From: Candidatus Sumerlaeaceae bacterium
GTDB taxonomy: Bacteria > Sumerlaeota > Sumerlaeia > Sumerlaeales > Sumerlaeaceae
DNA: 64,000 nt
Assembly (NCBI GenBank): GCA_051003195.1
Contig: JBPCLP010000045.1
Location: 1 to 64,000, forward strand
Direction: 5' to 3'
In this document: in pieces, positions 30,001 to 38,417 of the stretch
Position numbering within the stretch: the stretch's first letter is position 1
Layout: each line of letters starts with the position of its first letter
Program-made: the position numbers and the translations under genes
Notes under the pieces: model-generated
What the model was told of the DNA's origin: nothing
Seen by the model: the letters and a program-made list of their open reading frames with translations, nothing else
Database searches by the model: none

Positions 30001-30417
30001 GAAGTGTTTTGGACGTGGTGGCCTTCAACCGATCACCCCAACTGCGGACAACTCATGCTTCTTAACACGGACTGGACGGAGCCGGACAATTGCAAACCGG
30101 TAACCGTTCACTGTCCAGCGGGAACATTTACCTGCAGCGTAAAAGAGCGCGAGGCCAGTATCATAACCGTGCTGCCCTTTGGAATCCTGCAGCCGCTTAC
30201 GTCCGAACCGCACGTGGAAGTTTTTCGCGCAACGGACACCGAGGCGCATCTGCGCATACACTCCGCGCGACAGCATCGCTTTCGCTTACAGGCAAGCCGT
30301 ACCATCCGAGCCGAGCAGAACGGGAAACTGCTTCACCTGGAGAATGATATCGTTATTATTGCCCCGGGAAGCAGCACCGTTGCAGAAGTTCAGCTGCACT
30401 TGCCGACGACTGGTTAA
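27094..30417 (+). CDS. Large hypothetical protein, candidate unclassified carbohydrate-active enzyme
   Basis: 1107-aa ORF, GTGA overlap with RAYT; C-terminal part resembles a GATase-like/beta-galactosidase trimerisation domain (LSRYRLLLHLG…LKRWVFAGGTLLV). Confidence 0.65.
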   Translation: MSEASLPEEALHFVRISPDATNILDFRVDWGYAFVYSRRHYHPEYCWDGEIRCDGGQIDSVYQVEYPYTWWGPVHTAKERLLEGLTWRSTTRRGIAGIRIVAQCDNNCEFIVNTEQGQFRFSAEQVRREGRIVFPVGWKYSHCTLIVTLTGYLWFRNAAKPDEIVLEACELKGAEVLNFSRMDQAWIEPGQSVAFDVELPTQSSGGEHAWLFHMQAMTAEDKNDPFALARDYMPIQILANGQTVADLRRLFRWHDAAEQILHDVYEEIPASKLPLGRHTLQVRNGHDSLPLLVHRISVRPATNRPLELAVPNWALVGREFIVTVRVLSSTTLAFDHVAAIRCANPPSMEQEFEHGMHEFRFIAYEPLLNAQISVRDSDSRSISASIEAVYQLAAEQPEVKVGYDMTTVPHDENEFMDWLLEYTWKTQLGNLVCFRPFPMGWGVDNKLMEKWGEYCRDHHVYVEGINMDAGSLPVKAGNYFHGLGTHELSGKLYFCDPANKCTDMKEAMAGYIAAVKAEVQRIREAGCPRVAFGDASGGHRYALMAGADFLRAETMVPHTQQHLSQARAAAQALGCGEWGVHIAVQHPKQPYLESHLGWYYLSLMQAWMMGASFLYEEDSLFVLFKEERQGWDDKLTKGKRDITRAFFRFASTHPRLGAVSAGDSASPSPGSHSSHTSHPTRSAPITWGPQINTALVLGRYAAPFNGFICGTEQDPSYSVWGEFGRHDPAWGHLQPEKCQQVMDVLMPGASTHPLRQRYDRRRFFFSGTPYGDFDQLPIEANETNLSRYRLLLHLGWNTMIHEDYEKLKRWVFAGGTLLVGVPQFSTHVTRDFLLSMDDLALYEGGDVADLCGAKLIGKGVRYCGHWSQTRPDFQGAQSPRLSRVPSIAPDEDGPCHLAEVEMHGAMPVLIDAISGKPMLLKYALGEGTVYLITTWAYAGHEELADFSGAVVAHLAEQHKTQAFVTDPSNEVFWTWWPSTDHPNCGQLMLLNTDWTEPDNCKPVTVHCPAGTFTCSVKEREASIITVLPFGILQPLTSEPHVEVFRATDTEAHLRIHSARQHRFRLQASRTIRAEQNGKLLHLENDIVIIAPGSSTVAEVQLHLPTTG

Positions 30418-30421
30418 AAGC

Positions 30422-32299
30422 TTAGAACAGGTCTGGGATCATCGCCATGTCCACGGCTTCGGCGCTGTCGTTCAGCGTCTCCACTTTGCGCGCCGCAATC
30501 CATTCGCCGGTGTCCATTTCCTTGTAGCCCATACCGGGACCAACCATCGGATAAACGCACGCGTCTGGATCTATCATGACCTCCAGAAAGGCGGGCCCTT
30601 TGTGTGAAACAAAGCGTTGCAGCGTGTCCTGCACCTTGTCGATCTCGTTTAGCTGCAGGCGCTCCGCGAATCCGAACCCATCTGCTTCCGCCGCTTTCAC
30701 AAAATCCTTACGATGCAGAGTTTTGTCCGTTCCGGAGAAGCGGTGGTCGAAGTACATCTTCTGCCACTGGCGCACCATTCCGTCCCCCTGGTTGTTCAGC
30801 AGCAGCACCTTCGCCGGGATGTCGTAATTTGTCAGGGTTTCCAGGTCGCCCCAGTTCATTCGGATCGAACCGTCACCATCGACGTCGATGACCAGCTTAT
30901 CCGGACAGGCGATCTGCGCGCCGATGGCGGCGGGAAGGCCAAAGCCCATGGTGCCCATGCTGCCCGAAGTCAGCCATGTACGTGGATGCTTGTACTGAAT
31001 GTATTGCGCAGCCCACATCTGGTGCTGGCCAACGCCCGTGGTGATGATCGCCTCGCCTTTTGTGATCTGCGTGAGACACTCGAGCACGTAATACGGCTGG
31101 ATCAGTTTCGAGCTCTTGTCGTAAGTGAACGAATGGCTTTGCCGCATTTCAGTGCAGCATGCGACCCACTTTGAAAAGTCTCGTTTGAAATTACGCCCAT
31201 ACTCGACAAGGTCCGTAAGCGTGCGACTTGCGTCGCCCACCTGGCTCCACGTCGCCAGCTTCACTTTACCGATTTCCGCGGCGTCGATGTCCATGTGCGC
31301 GATAAAGCGGGCATTGGGTGCAAACTCGTGCACCTTTCCGGCAACGCGGTCGTCGAAGCGTGACCCGACGGCGATCAGAAAGTCGCAATCCTCCACCGCG
31401 TAGTTTGCGTAGGCCGCCCCGTGCATACCAAGCATGTGCATGCTCAGCGGGCTCGTGGTATCCATCGCGCCGATACCCATCAAGGTGGTAACGACTGGAA
31501 TCTGGAAACGCTCAGCAAACGCGCGAAGCTGGGGCGCGGCTCCACTATTAATAACTCCGCCGCCGGCATAGATCAGGGGCCGCTCTGCCTGCGACAGCAT
31601 CTTAAAAAAGCTTTCGGCCTTGTCTCTCGACACCCGGCTTTCTTCAAGCGCTGCCATGCGACTGGCCCAACCACGACTGGGAAGCAATCCTGAACCCTGG
31701 AATTGGCCGATCCAGTTCTGCACGTCCTTGGGCACGTCGATAACGACGGGACCGGGCCGTCCTGCACGCGCGAGGTGAAACGCCGTGCGCACGGTGGCTT
31801 CAAGCTCCTCTGGATTTTTGACGAGGAAGCAGTGTTTGGCGCACGCGCTCATTATATTGAACACCGGCGCTTCCTGGAAGGCATCTGTGCCAATGGCAGC
31901 ACGCGGAACCTGCCCACAGATCAGCACCACGGGAATACTGTCGGCCATGCTGTCGCGCACGGGGGTCACGCAATTGGTGGCACCGGGCCCGGACGTAACC
32001 AGAAAGCAGCCAACTTTGCCAGTAGCCCGTGCATAGCCAGCGGCCATAAATCCGGCGCCCTGCTCGTTCGCGGGTACAATGAGGCGGACCGGGTCCTTCT
32101 CAGCACCCTGTTCGCGCTGCTGCGCATTAAAAGTGAAAATGGCATCGTAAGTGGGAAGAATCGCCCCACCTGAATACCCGAAGATGGTATCTACGCCTTC
32201 GTCCGCCAGTACCTGGATGATCATCTCCGCACCTTTCATGGTACGTCCGGCGAGCGGATGCGGCGCCGAGCTGGCGTGTTCGAGTCTATTTGGCTCCAT
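30422..32299 (-). CDS. ilvB: Acetolactate synthase large subunit
   Basis: FGYSGGAIL, NEQGA, TSGPGATN, GTDAFQE, RFDDRV, VGQHQMW, GTMGFGLP, GDGS…NN, GMVRQWQ; AG-rich RBS before ATG 32299. Confidence 0.95.
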   Translation of the reverse strand: MEPNRLEHASSAPHPLAGRTMKGAEMIIQVLADEGVDTIFGYSGGAILPTYDAIFTFNAQQREQGAEKDPVRLIVPANEQGAGFMAAGYARATGKVGCFLVTSGPGATNCVTPVRDSMADSIPVVLICGQVPRAAIGTDAFQEAPVFNIMSACAKHCFLVKNPEELEATVRTAFHLARAGRPGPVVIDVPKDVQNWIGQFQGSGLLPSRGWASRMAALEESRVSRDKAESFFKMLSQAERPLIYAGGGVINSGAAPQLRAFAERFQIPVVTTLMGIGAMDTTSPLSMHMLGMHGAAYANYAVEDCDFLIAVGSRFDDRVAGKVHEFAPNARFIAHMDIDAAEIGKVKLATWSQVGDASRTLTDLVEYGRNFKRDFSKWVACCTEMRQSHSFTYDKSSKLIQPYYVLECLTQITKGEAIITTGVGQHQMWAAQYIQYKHPRTWLTSGSMGTMGFGLPAAIGAQIACPDKLVIDVDGDGSIRMNWGDLETLTNYDIPAKVLLLNNQGDGMVRQWQKMYFDHRFSGTDKTLHRKDFVKAAEADGFGFAERLQLNEIDKVQDTLQRFVSHKGPAFLEVMIDPDACVYPMVGPGMGYKEMDTGEWIAARKVETLNDSAEAVDMAMIPDLF

Positions 32300-32506
32300 T
32301 GGCGTAGCTCTTTCTTCTCCTCTTAGGGGCTTAGCCCCTTGCAGTTGCATCTGCGCTACAGCGCTGGCGCCGCGGCATTTGGTGGCAGGTGAAATAGCGC
32401 GTAAAGATGCTGAGCTGGAATGCGCAGTTTTCGGCGAAACTTAGTCAAGTGAGTTGAGAACCCGAGGAACTACTGTGTCTGCCACGCTTAAGCCAGAGCA
32501 TCGTCG

Positions 32507-34426
32507 GTGAGCATCCGGGTTGACACGGCAAATCTCCTGCTTAATAGTGTCAATGAAAGGAAGCTTCTCCACTTGTCTAACTTTGCCATCACCGAACAAA
32601 ACGATTTGCGAATCGCGGCACCAGGGACCGACTCCGTGCCCACATTGCCTCCGCAACCAGCGGAAGAATTTAAGCCCGAACCGGTGTCGCTGGATATCGA
32701 TATGATCCGCCGCTCGTTTCGACAGCCTGTGAAGCCGTATACAGGCGACGCGGGTGGCGGGATGGCAGCGATGCTCACGCCTGTGATTCCGGTCGTGTAT
32801 TTCATGCTGCTCGCGGGACTCGCCTACTGTCTCCTCATGCTGCTTTTTCGCACGGAGCCCGAGCTAAAAGCCGGCCTGCCTTCGATCCGTGGATTCCTTT
32901 CGTGGGCCGCGCCCATAGCTGCGTCATTCGCGATGCTTTATTATATGATAAAGCCGCTGTTCCTGAAGAAGTCGGAAATGGAAAAGGGCAAGGAACTGAG
33001 CCGGGCGCAGCAGCCGCTGCTATTTGCGTTTGTTGACCATGTCGCAAAGACAACTGGCGTTCCGCCGCCCGCACGAATCTATGTCGATTGTGGCATGACG
33101 ATGCGCGCCCAGGCAGTTACTCTCAAGACTGCTTCCGGCACGGAATTTCGGCTGGAGTTGACGATCGGCCTTACAGGTCTGTCTGCGTTTAACACTCGAA
33201 AACTGGCGGCTGCAATTTGCTGCGAGCTGGCCCGATTTCGTGATGGAGGTGGCGCCGCTCTTCGCGTGGAGAAGATCGCCGCATGGCTCAAGCGCATTGT
33301 GATGTACCGCGATTCGTTCGATCATACCCTGGAGGAGTTTTCAGAGAAACCGAACCGCATCATTCGGACTGTCGCGGTGTTCATGCGCTGGATGGTGCGT
33401 GTGATCAGGGGGTTGCTGGATGGAATGCTTGCCACGGTCTGCACACTGGGGCGAACCTGCGTAAAGCAGAAGCAATTCGGTGCAGATCACCTGGCGGCCC
33501 AGTTGTCCGGGCCTATCGACTTTAACGGGTTACTTATGCAACTGCAGGCGCTGCGGATTACCGCCGGCATAGCCGAGCGGAATCTAAAGCGTATTATCAA
33601 TGACTCGCTTCCAGCAAACTGGCCCGGCTTTGTCGCCGCGTCGCAGGCGAATATTCCCCAGGAAGTACGTCGCCCATTCCAGCAGCAGATGGACGACGCG
33701 GAATCTAAGCAGCCAACCCTTGGCGCGACTCGCAGCGAGCGCCTGAGCCACCTCGCGGGGATGGAACGTGTACCGCTCCTGAGTCTCGATGTGCCGGCAG
33801 AGAACCTGCTTCTGGATTACGAAGACGTCTGTACAGAAGTTACAATTCAACATTACCAGTGCATCTATGGCGATGAATATCGCAAGGCGTGGCTACGCCC
33901 CAATCCGGAATTCATGTCGCAAATTGGGTACTCAATCTACAAACCGGATACGCGCGACACGATGATCGACTATCATGAGGGTGACCGCTGGCAGCCATGG
34001 CGCAAGCGCCTGTCGACCGTGGGCGGGATAGTAATGACAGTCGGCCTCGTCGTTCATACGGGGTTCCAGCTCGCGAGTGCGAGCGAACCCATGGAAACAA
34101 AGTACCGACGTTATATCGGATCTGGGGTACTGGTGCGCGGCGGAACCGTGCGGGAGGTACTTGACGTAAAGTTCTACGATAAAGATGAGGTCGTCGGTTA
34201 CGATCCCGACAGAGAGACCGACGTGCTGGCGCCCGCCACAGGATGGTACTATGACACGGGCCAGGCAAAGGTCGTTTTGTGCAAAAAAGCTGTGTTCCTG
34301 GATGGTATCGACCAGGAGACGGAGGACGAGAAGATCGTTCGTGAACAGTTTGAAATCAATGAGAGCATCATGAGGAAGAACGCCGAAGCAGATGTCGGCA
34401 GTACGCCGGACGTGCCGGTCGAGTAG
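32507..34426 (+). CDS. M48 (HtpX/Ste24-like) membrane protein with degenerate Zn-binding motifs
   Basis: TM pair, then 'LSRAQQPLLFAFVDHVAK…PPPARIYVD…LTIGL'; CELAR at the HExxH position and QFGAD at the ExxAD position; start uncertain. Confidence 0.7.
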   Translation: MSIRVDTANLLLNSVNERKLLHLSNFAITEQNDLRIAAPGTDSVPTLPPQPAEEFKPEPVSLDIDMIRRSFRQPVKPYTGDAGGGMAAMLTPVIPVVYFMLLAGLAYCLLMLLFRTEPELKAGLPSIRGFLSWAAPIAASFAMLYYMIKPLFLKKSEMEKGKELSRAQQPLLFAFVDHVAKTTGVPPPARIYVDCGMTMRAQAVTLKTASGTEFRLELTIGLTGLSAFNTRKLAAAICCELARFRDGGGAALRVEKIAAWLKRIVMYRDSFDHTLEEFSEKPNRIIRTVAVFMRWMVRVIRGLLDGMLATVCTLGRTCVKQKQFGADHLAAQLSGPIDFNGLLMQLQALRITAGIAERNLKRIINDSLPANWPGFVAASQANIPQEVRRPFQQQMDDAESKQPTLGATRSERLSHLAGMERVPLLSLDVPAENLLLDYEDVCTEVTIQHYQCIYGDEYRKAWLRPNPEFMSQIGYSIYKPDTRDTMIDYHEGDRWQPWRKRLSTVGGIVMTVGLVVHTGFQLASASEPMETKYRRYIGSGVLVRGGTVREVLDVKFYDKDEVVGYDPDRETDVLAPATGWYYDTGQAKVVLCKKAVFLDGIDQETEDEKIVREQFEINESIMRKNAEADVGSTPDVPVE

Positions 34427-34475
34427 ATCCCGGGCTAACGAGACACTACAACCACGACCGATACATAGTGTTTTC

Positions 34476-34523
34476 AAAATAAAACCCCCGCCGGAGCAAG
34501 CGCCTCGGCGGGAGTCGATTTTT
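34476..34523. terminator. Probable bidirectional intrinsic terminator between convergent genes
   Basis: A-tract, CCCGCCG…CGGCGGG stem, then T-tract. Confidence 0.6.
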
Positions 34524-34553
34524 AGAGTGTCCGTAGAAGCGGCCGCTTAGCGC

Positions 34554-35504
34554 TTAAGCAGCCGGTTGAGCCTGCTGATTCTTTTCAGCCTCGAGGTAGA
34601 TACTCTGCGGTGGCTTCTGCAAATCCCACACGAGCCCCAGCCATGCCAGCCCGCGCAGGATGTAATGGCTCATGTCGATTTCCCACCAGTAAAAGCCCTG
34701 GCGCTCCGAATACGGGCATCGGTGGTGGTTATTATGCCAGCCTTCGCCAAGCGTGAGCACAGCCAGGAAGAAATTGTTCCGGCTGTGATCGTTGGTGTCG
34801 AACCGACGCCAGCCAACCACATGGGCCAGCGAATTGATACAGAAGGTGCAGTGGTATAGCAGCGTGGTGCTGATGAAGAAACCCCATACCAGCATCTGGA
34901 ATCCGTTTGTGTGCAGGCCCGGAGCAAAGTGCGCGAGCAGGGTACCGAATCCATACACCGCCAGCGCAAAAGCGATGGGCGGCAGGATGTGGAAGTTATT
35001 CAGGAAGCGCAGCTCGGGATACTTGGCAAAATCCGGAATAGCCTTTACGTTCGTGGGCTCGTATTTCTTACACATGATCCATCCCACGTGCGACCAGAAG
35101 AATCCCTTCTGAATGGGAGAGTGAATGTCTTCCGGCTCATCCGAATGGCGGTGGTGATGCCGGTGATGCGCTGCCCACCACAAGGGCCCCTGTTGAGCAG
35201 ATGAAGTTCCCAGCCAGGCGAGTACAAACTGGAACACGCGGCTGGTTTTGTAAGTCCTGTGCGCAAAGTAGCGGTGAAACACACCTGTAATTCCGAACAT
35301 GCGAATGGTGTAGGTGAATACAAACATCGCGGCGGCAGCCCAGCTTACGCCTGTATAGAACGCCATCAAACAGGCTAGATGCACTCCGATGAAGGCGGAG
35401 GCGCCAATCCAATCGGGACGTTCATCGTCCTCTACCTCTCCAACGTTTATGGGGTCGGCATACGTGGTTGGGGCGGTCGAGGTGTATTCGGTGGTTTTCG
35501 GCAA
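34554..35504 (-). CDS. Acyl-CoA/acyl-lipid delta-9 fatty acid desaturase
   Basis: His boxes HRYFAH, HRHHH, GEGWHNNHH; TM segments; AGGAG RBS before TTG. Confidence 0.93.
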   Translation of the reverse strand: MPKTTEYTSTAPTTYADPINVGEVEDDERPDWIGASAFIGVHLACLMAFYTGVSWAAAAMFVFTYTIRMFGITGVFHRYFAHRTYKTSRVFQFVLAWLGTSSAQQGPLWWAAHHRHHHRHSDEPEDIHSPIQKGFFWSHVGWIMCKKYEPTNVKAIPDFAKYPELRFLNNFHILPPIAFALAVYGFGTLLAHFAPGLHTNGFQMLVWGFFISTTLLYHCTFCINSLAHVVGWRRFDTNDHSRNNFFLAVLTLGEGWHNNHHRCPYSERQGFYWWEIDMSHYILRGLAWLGLVWDLQKPPQSIYLEAEKNQQAQPAA

Positions 35505-35725
35505 ATCAATCTCCTATAAGTGCGGTGTTTTCAGGATGGTGGGTCCTGAATATTGCTGACGCGTGGCTAACGAGACATTCGTATAGTCCATGCGCAAGTA
35601 CTCTCCGGTGCACGTATATTTTATACCAATCAATACTTTTCCACAGCAGCCAATACGAGAGATGTAAGCATTCTCCAGACCAGAACTGGCGTAAAAATTA
35701 GTGTGATTACCTAAGCTGTACGTAC

Positions 35726-36322
35726 TCAGGGATTCAGTCTTATGATGCGCCAGCCAGCACCGGGATCTGTTCGTGTAAAAATGAAACGGTCGTGCAGACG
35801 ATTCTCACCATTGTACCAGAATTCAATCTGCGTTGGCGTAATGCGGTATCCACCCCAGTGCGGCGGTCGCGGAATCTCCTGCCCGGAGTAAAGTTGTTCA
35901 AGCTCGGCCACGCGTTCGATCAGAGTCTCGCGACTGTCCAAGGGCTCGCTCTGCTTAGACGCCCACGCACCGATCTGGCTTGCGCGTGCACGCGATGCAA
36001 AGTATGCGTCGGACTCCACCGCCGAAACTTTCCGCGCATGTCCATCGATTCGCACCTGCCGCCCGATCCACGGCCAGTAAAAGTTCAGACACACACGTGG
36101 ATTCCCGGCAAGTTCGCTGCCTTTTCGTCCCAGATAGTTCGTGTAAAACACGAAGCCATGGGGATCAAATCCTTTAAGCAGAACCACCCGTGCGGTCGGC
36201 TGGTTGTGCTCGTTGGCAGTCGCGAGTACACCAGCCGTGTGATCACTCGGTGCATCCTTTGCAGCCAGGCAATACGTCTCCGCAAATACGGCGTAGGGGT
36301 CTGAATCTGCGGGAAGTTCCAC
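35726..36322 (-). CDS. pdxH: Pyridoxine/pyridoxamine 5'-phosphate oxidase
   Basis: ARVVLLKG, FYTNY, RQVRIDG, SQIGAWASKQS, PPHWGGY, EFW…RLHDR, RLNP. Confidence 0.95.
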   Translation of the reverse strand: MELPADSDPYAVFAETYCLAAKDAPSDHTAGVLATANEHNQPTARVVLLKGFDPHGFVFYTNYLGRKGSELAGNPRVCLNFYWPWIGRQVRIDGHARKVSAVESDAYFASRARASQIGAWASKQSEPLDSRETLIERVAELEQLYSGQEIPRPPHWGGYRITPTQIEFWYNGENRLHDRFIFTRTDPGAGWRIIRLNP

Positions 36323-36341
36323 TACGGCGGCGTTCCGGACA

Positions 36342-38417
36342 TCAAAAGATCAGCATCTCTTTGATGGTCTTCTTGATGATGTTCTCCGGGGCTTTCGGTC
36401 CGCTGAGGTACTGCTGGGTAAAGTCTGCTCCAAGCTGCGCCGCTGCCTGCACGGGATCCGAATCCTGGGTTTTGATAACGGGGAAAATTCCCAGCGCCAG
36501 GGACTCGTAAAGTCTGTCGCGGTAATATGCCGGCTCAAGCGTCAGGCGATAAGCCAGTTCTGGTTCGTAATCCATGTAGAATGGCAGCATTCGAAATTGC
36601 TTCGTCTCATCATAAAGTTGCTGCTGACGGGCGGTTACATACAACGGAACGCGGGGTGCGCCCGTCCGTTCCTGCTGGCGGAAGAAGAATTGCTCACGCA
36701 GGCGCAGGATTTCAGGGTCGGCCATGAACAGGAGCCACTTGAATGCGGCAGCGCGTCGATCCCTGTCTAACTGAGAGTTTGCGACCAGGCATTTCCCGTA
36801 AGTCAGGTGATATCCATTCTTCGGGCCACGAGGAAGCGCAGCGATGCCAATGTCATCCAGCGACATACCCAGTTTCAGCAAACGCTGTATTGTAACAGCA
36901 TCGGCCGGCAGCATCATCATCGCGAGTTTGCCCTCGGCAAACAGGCGGATCAATCCATCGTAGGTGCACTTTTCCGGAGGAGGCATTACATCGAAGCGCC
37001 AGCGCAGATCCTTAAGAAATTGCGCCACCTCCGCAGCGGCCGGAGTGTTCACTTCCAACTGCACGGTTCCCGAGGTTGAAGTCTGGATCTGCAGCCCAGC
37101 CTGTACAGCCCACTGACAAAACTCACGGCCGCCTTCTTTGGCAAACAATACGGGCGCATAGCCATACACGCCTGTGTCATGGTCTGTCAGTTTAACCGCG
37201 AAACGAATGAAGGTGTCCCAGTCCCTGGGTAGTCCTTCCGTACGAATGGTGCTGGTAACGTGTTCCTCTACCTTTGTTTCCGTTGTTTGCAGAGAGGCTG
37301 CTTCTGCCTCGCTCGTCAGCACATCCTCGTTAAGTGTCGCATCTGCTTTTCGGCTGCGGGTTGTGTGCTCATCGCGGCGCCGACCCAGCGAGCCCGGTTC
37401 TGCGGAAACGGGCGCTTCATCACGGTCACGACGCCGCCGCTGCCGCGCGTCGTCTTCATCCGGAGGAGCGTAGAGCGTCGGCTGCTGGCGGCCGTAGCGC
37501 GGGTCCTGCTGCTGGTTATCATAAGGATTATACCCTTGGGAACCCTGCTGCTGCTGCTGGTACTGGTATGTTTGCGAAGAACCGCGCCTGCGGGATGAGG
37601 GCTGCTGCGGCTGCATGTTGTAGTAATCCTGGACCTCCTGGCGGCCTCGGCGTGAAGACTGCTGCTGCGGGTCTTCTTCCTCGCGCGGCTGATAGTAGCC
37701 GCGTTGCTGCGGATAGTACTGCGCGAGCACCATGGGTTCATCTTCCAGGAAGTCGCGTGGTTCTGCATCCGCTCCTTTGCCCTTTTTCTTTTCGGGGGAT
37801 TTCTTTTCGGTGCCGGTCGTCTCTTCTTTGGGAGGCGGGGATGGGTGCAATGCCCGGTCCACAATCTTTCGGTTAAAGAACAGCGCCATTGTGTGCAACT
37901 CCAGCGGGACGCCATACGTACGGCCATTGCGGCTGACGACGCGGAACACTTCCGGATTCATCGCTCGTATTTGATCCGACAACGCGACGTTTTCGGTCAG
38001 GTCGGCAGCGGCGTTAAGGTCGATGATTGGCGGCATCTGTGAAACGTCCACTTCCACGACGTCAGTCAGTGTGCCGTTCCTGGCGCGCTCGATAAAGCTA
38101 TCCGGCGAGTACTGCCACGGGCTGTATTGCACGGAAATGTCCGGGTTCCGCTGCTCAAAAAGCTCGACGAGCTGCTGGACGAAATCCTGCTCCAGCGGCT
38201 GGTCCGCTTCGGGGAAATTGTTGAGCGTCAGGGTCGTGCGCTTGTGACCGCCAGCTCCGAGAGCGGAACTGCGATCCGCGGCCGCGATGGTCTTGGCCAC
38301 TATCAGGTCTGCATCCGCCTCCGGAGAAACGTGAGGGCTAAGGAACTCCTTACAGCCAAATAGCAGCGTCACTCCAAGGACGGCAGTAGCCACCGCGGCA
38401 AGGCGATTCATACTCAC
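36342..38417 (-). CDS. Extracellular solute-binding lipoprotein (SBP family 1-like) with a long low-complexity insertion
   Basis: Lipobox LLFGC; SBP motifs 'FEQRNPDISVQ', 'GRTYGVP…LFFNRKI', 'LPRDWDTF…LTD…YG', 'FAEGKLAM'; GTGA overlap with purD. Confidence 0.8.
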   Translation of the reverse strand: MSMNRLAAVATAVLGVTLLFGCKEFLSPHVSPEADADLIVAKTIAAADRSSALGAGGHKRTTLTLNNFPEADQPLEQDFVQQLVELFEQRNPDISVQYSPWQYSPDSFIERARNGTLTDVVEVDVSQMPPIIDLNAAADLTENVALSDQIRAMNPEVFRVVSRNGRTYGVPLELHTMALFFNRKIVDRALHPSPPPKEETTGTEKKSPEKKKGKGADAEPRDFLEDEPMVLAQYYPQQRGYYQPREEEDPQQQSSRRGRQEVQDYYNMQPQQPSSRRRGSSQTYQYQQQQQGSQGYNPYDNQQQDPRYGRQQPTLYAPPDEDDARQRRRRDRDEAPVSAEPGSLGRRRDEHTTRSRKADATLNEDVLTSEAEAASLQTTETKVEEHVTSTIRTEGLPRDWDTFIRFAVKLTDHDTGVYGYAPVLFAKEGGREFCQWAVQAGLQIQTSTSGTVQLEVNTPAAAEVAQFLKDLRWRFDVMPPPEKCTYDGLIRLFAEGKLAMMMLPADAVTIQRLLKLGMSLDDIGIAALPRGPKNGYHLTYGKCLVANSQLDRDRRAAAFKWLLFMADPEILRLREQFFFRQQERTGAPRVPLYVTARQQQLYDETKQFRMLPFYMDYEPELAYRLTLEPAYYRDRLYESLALGIFPVIKTQDSDPVQAAAQLGADFTQQYLSGPKAPENIIKKTIKEMLIF

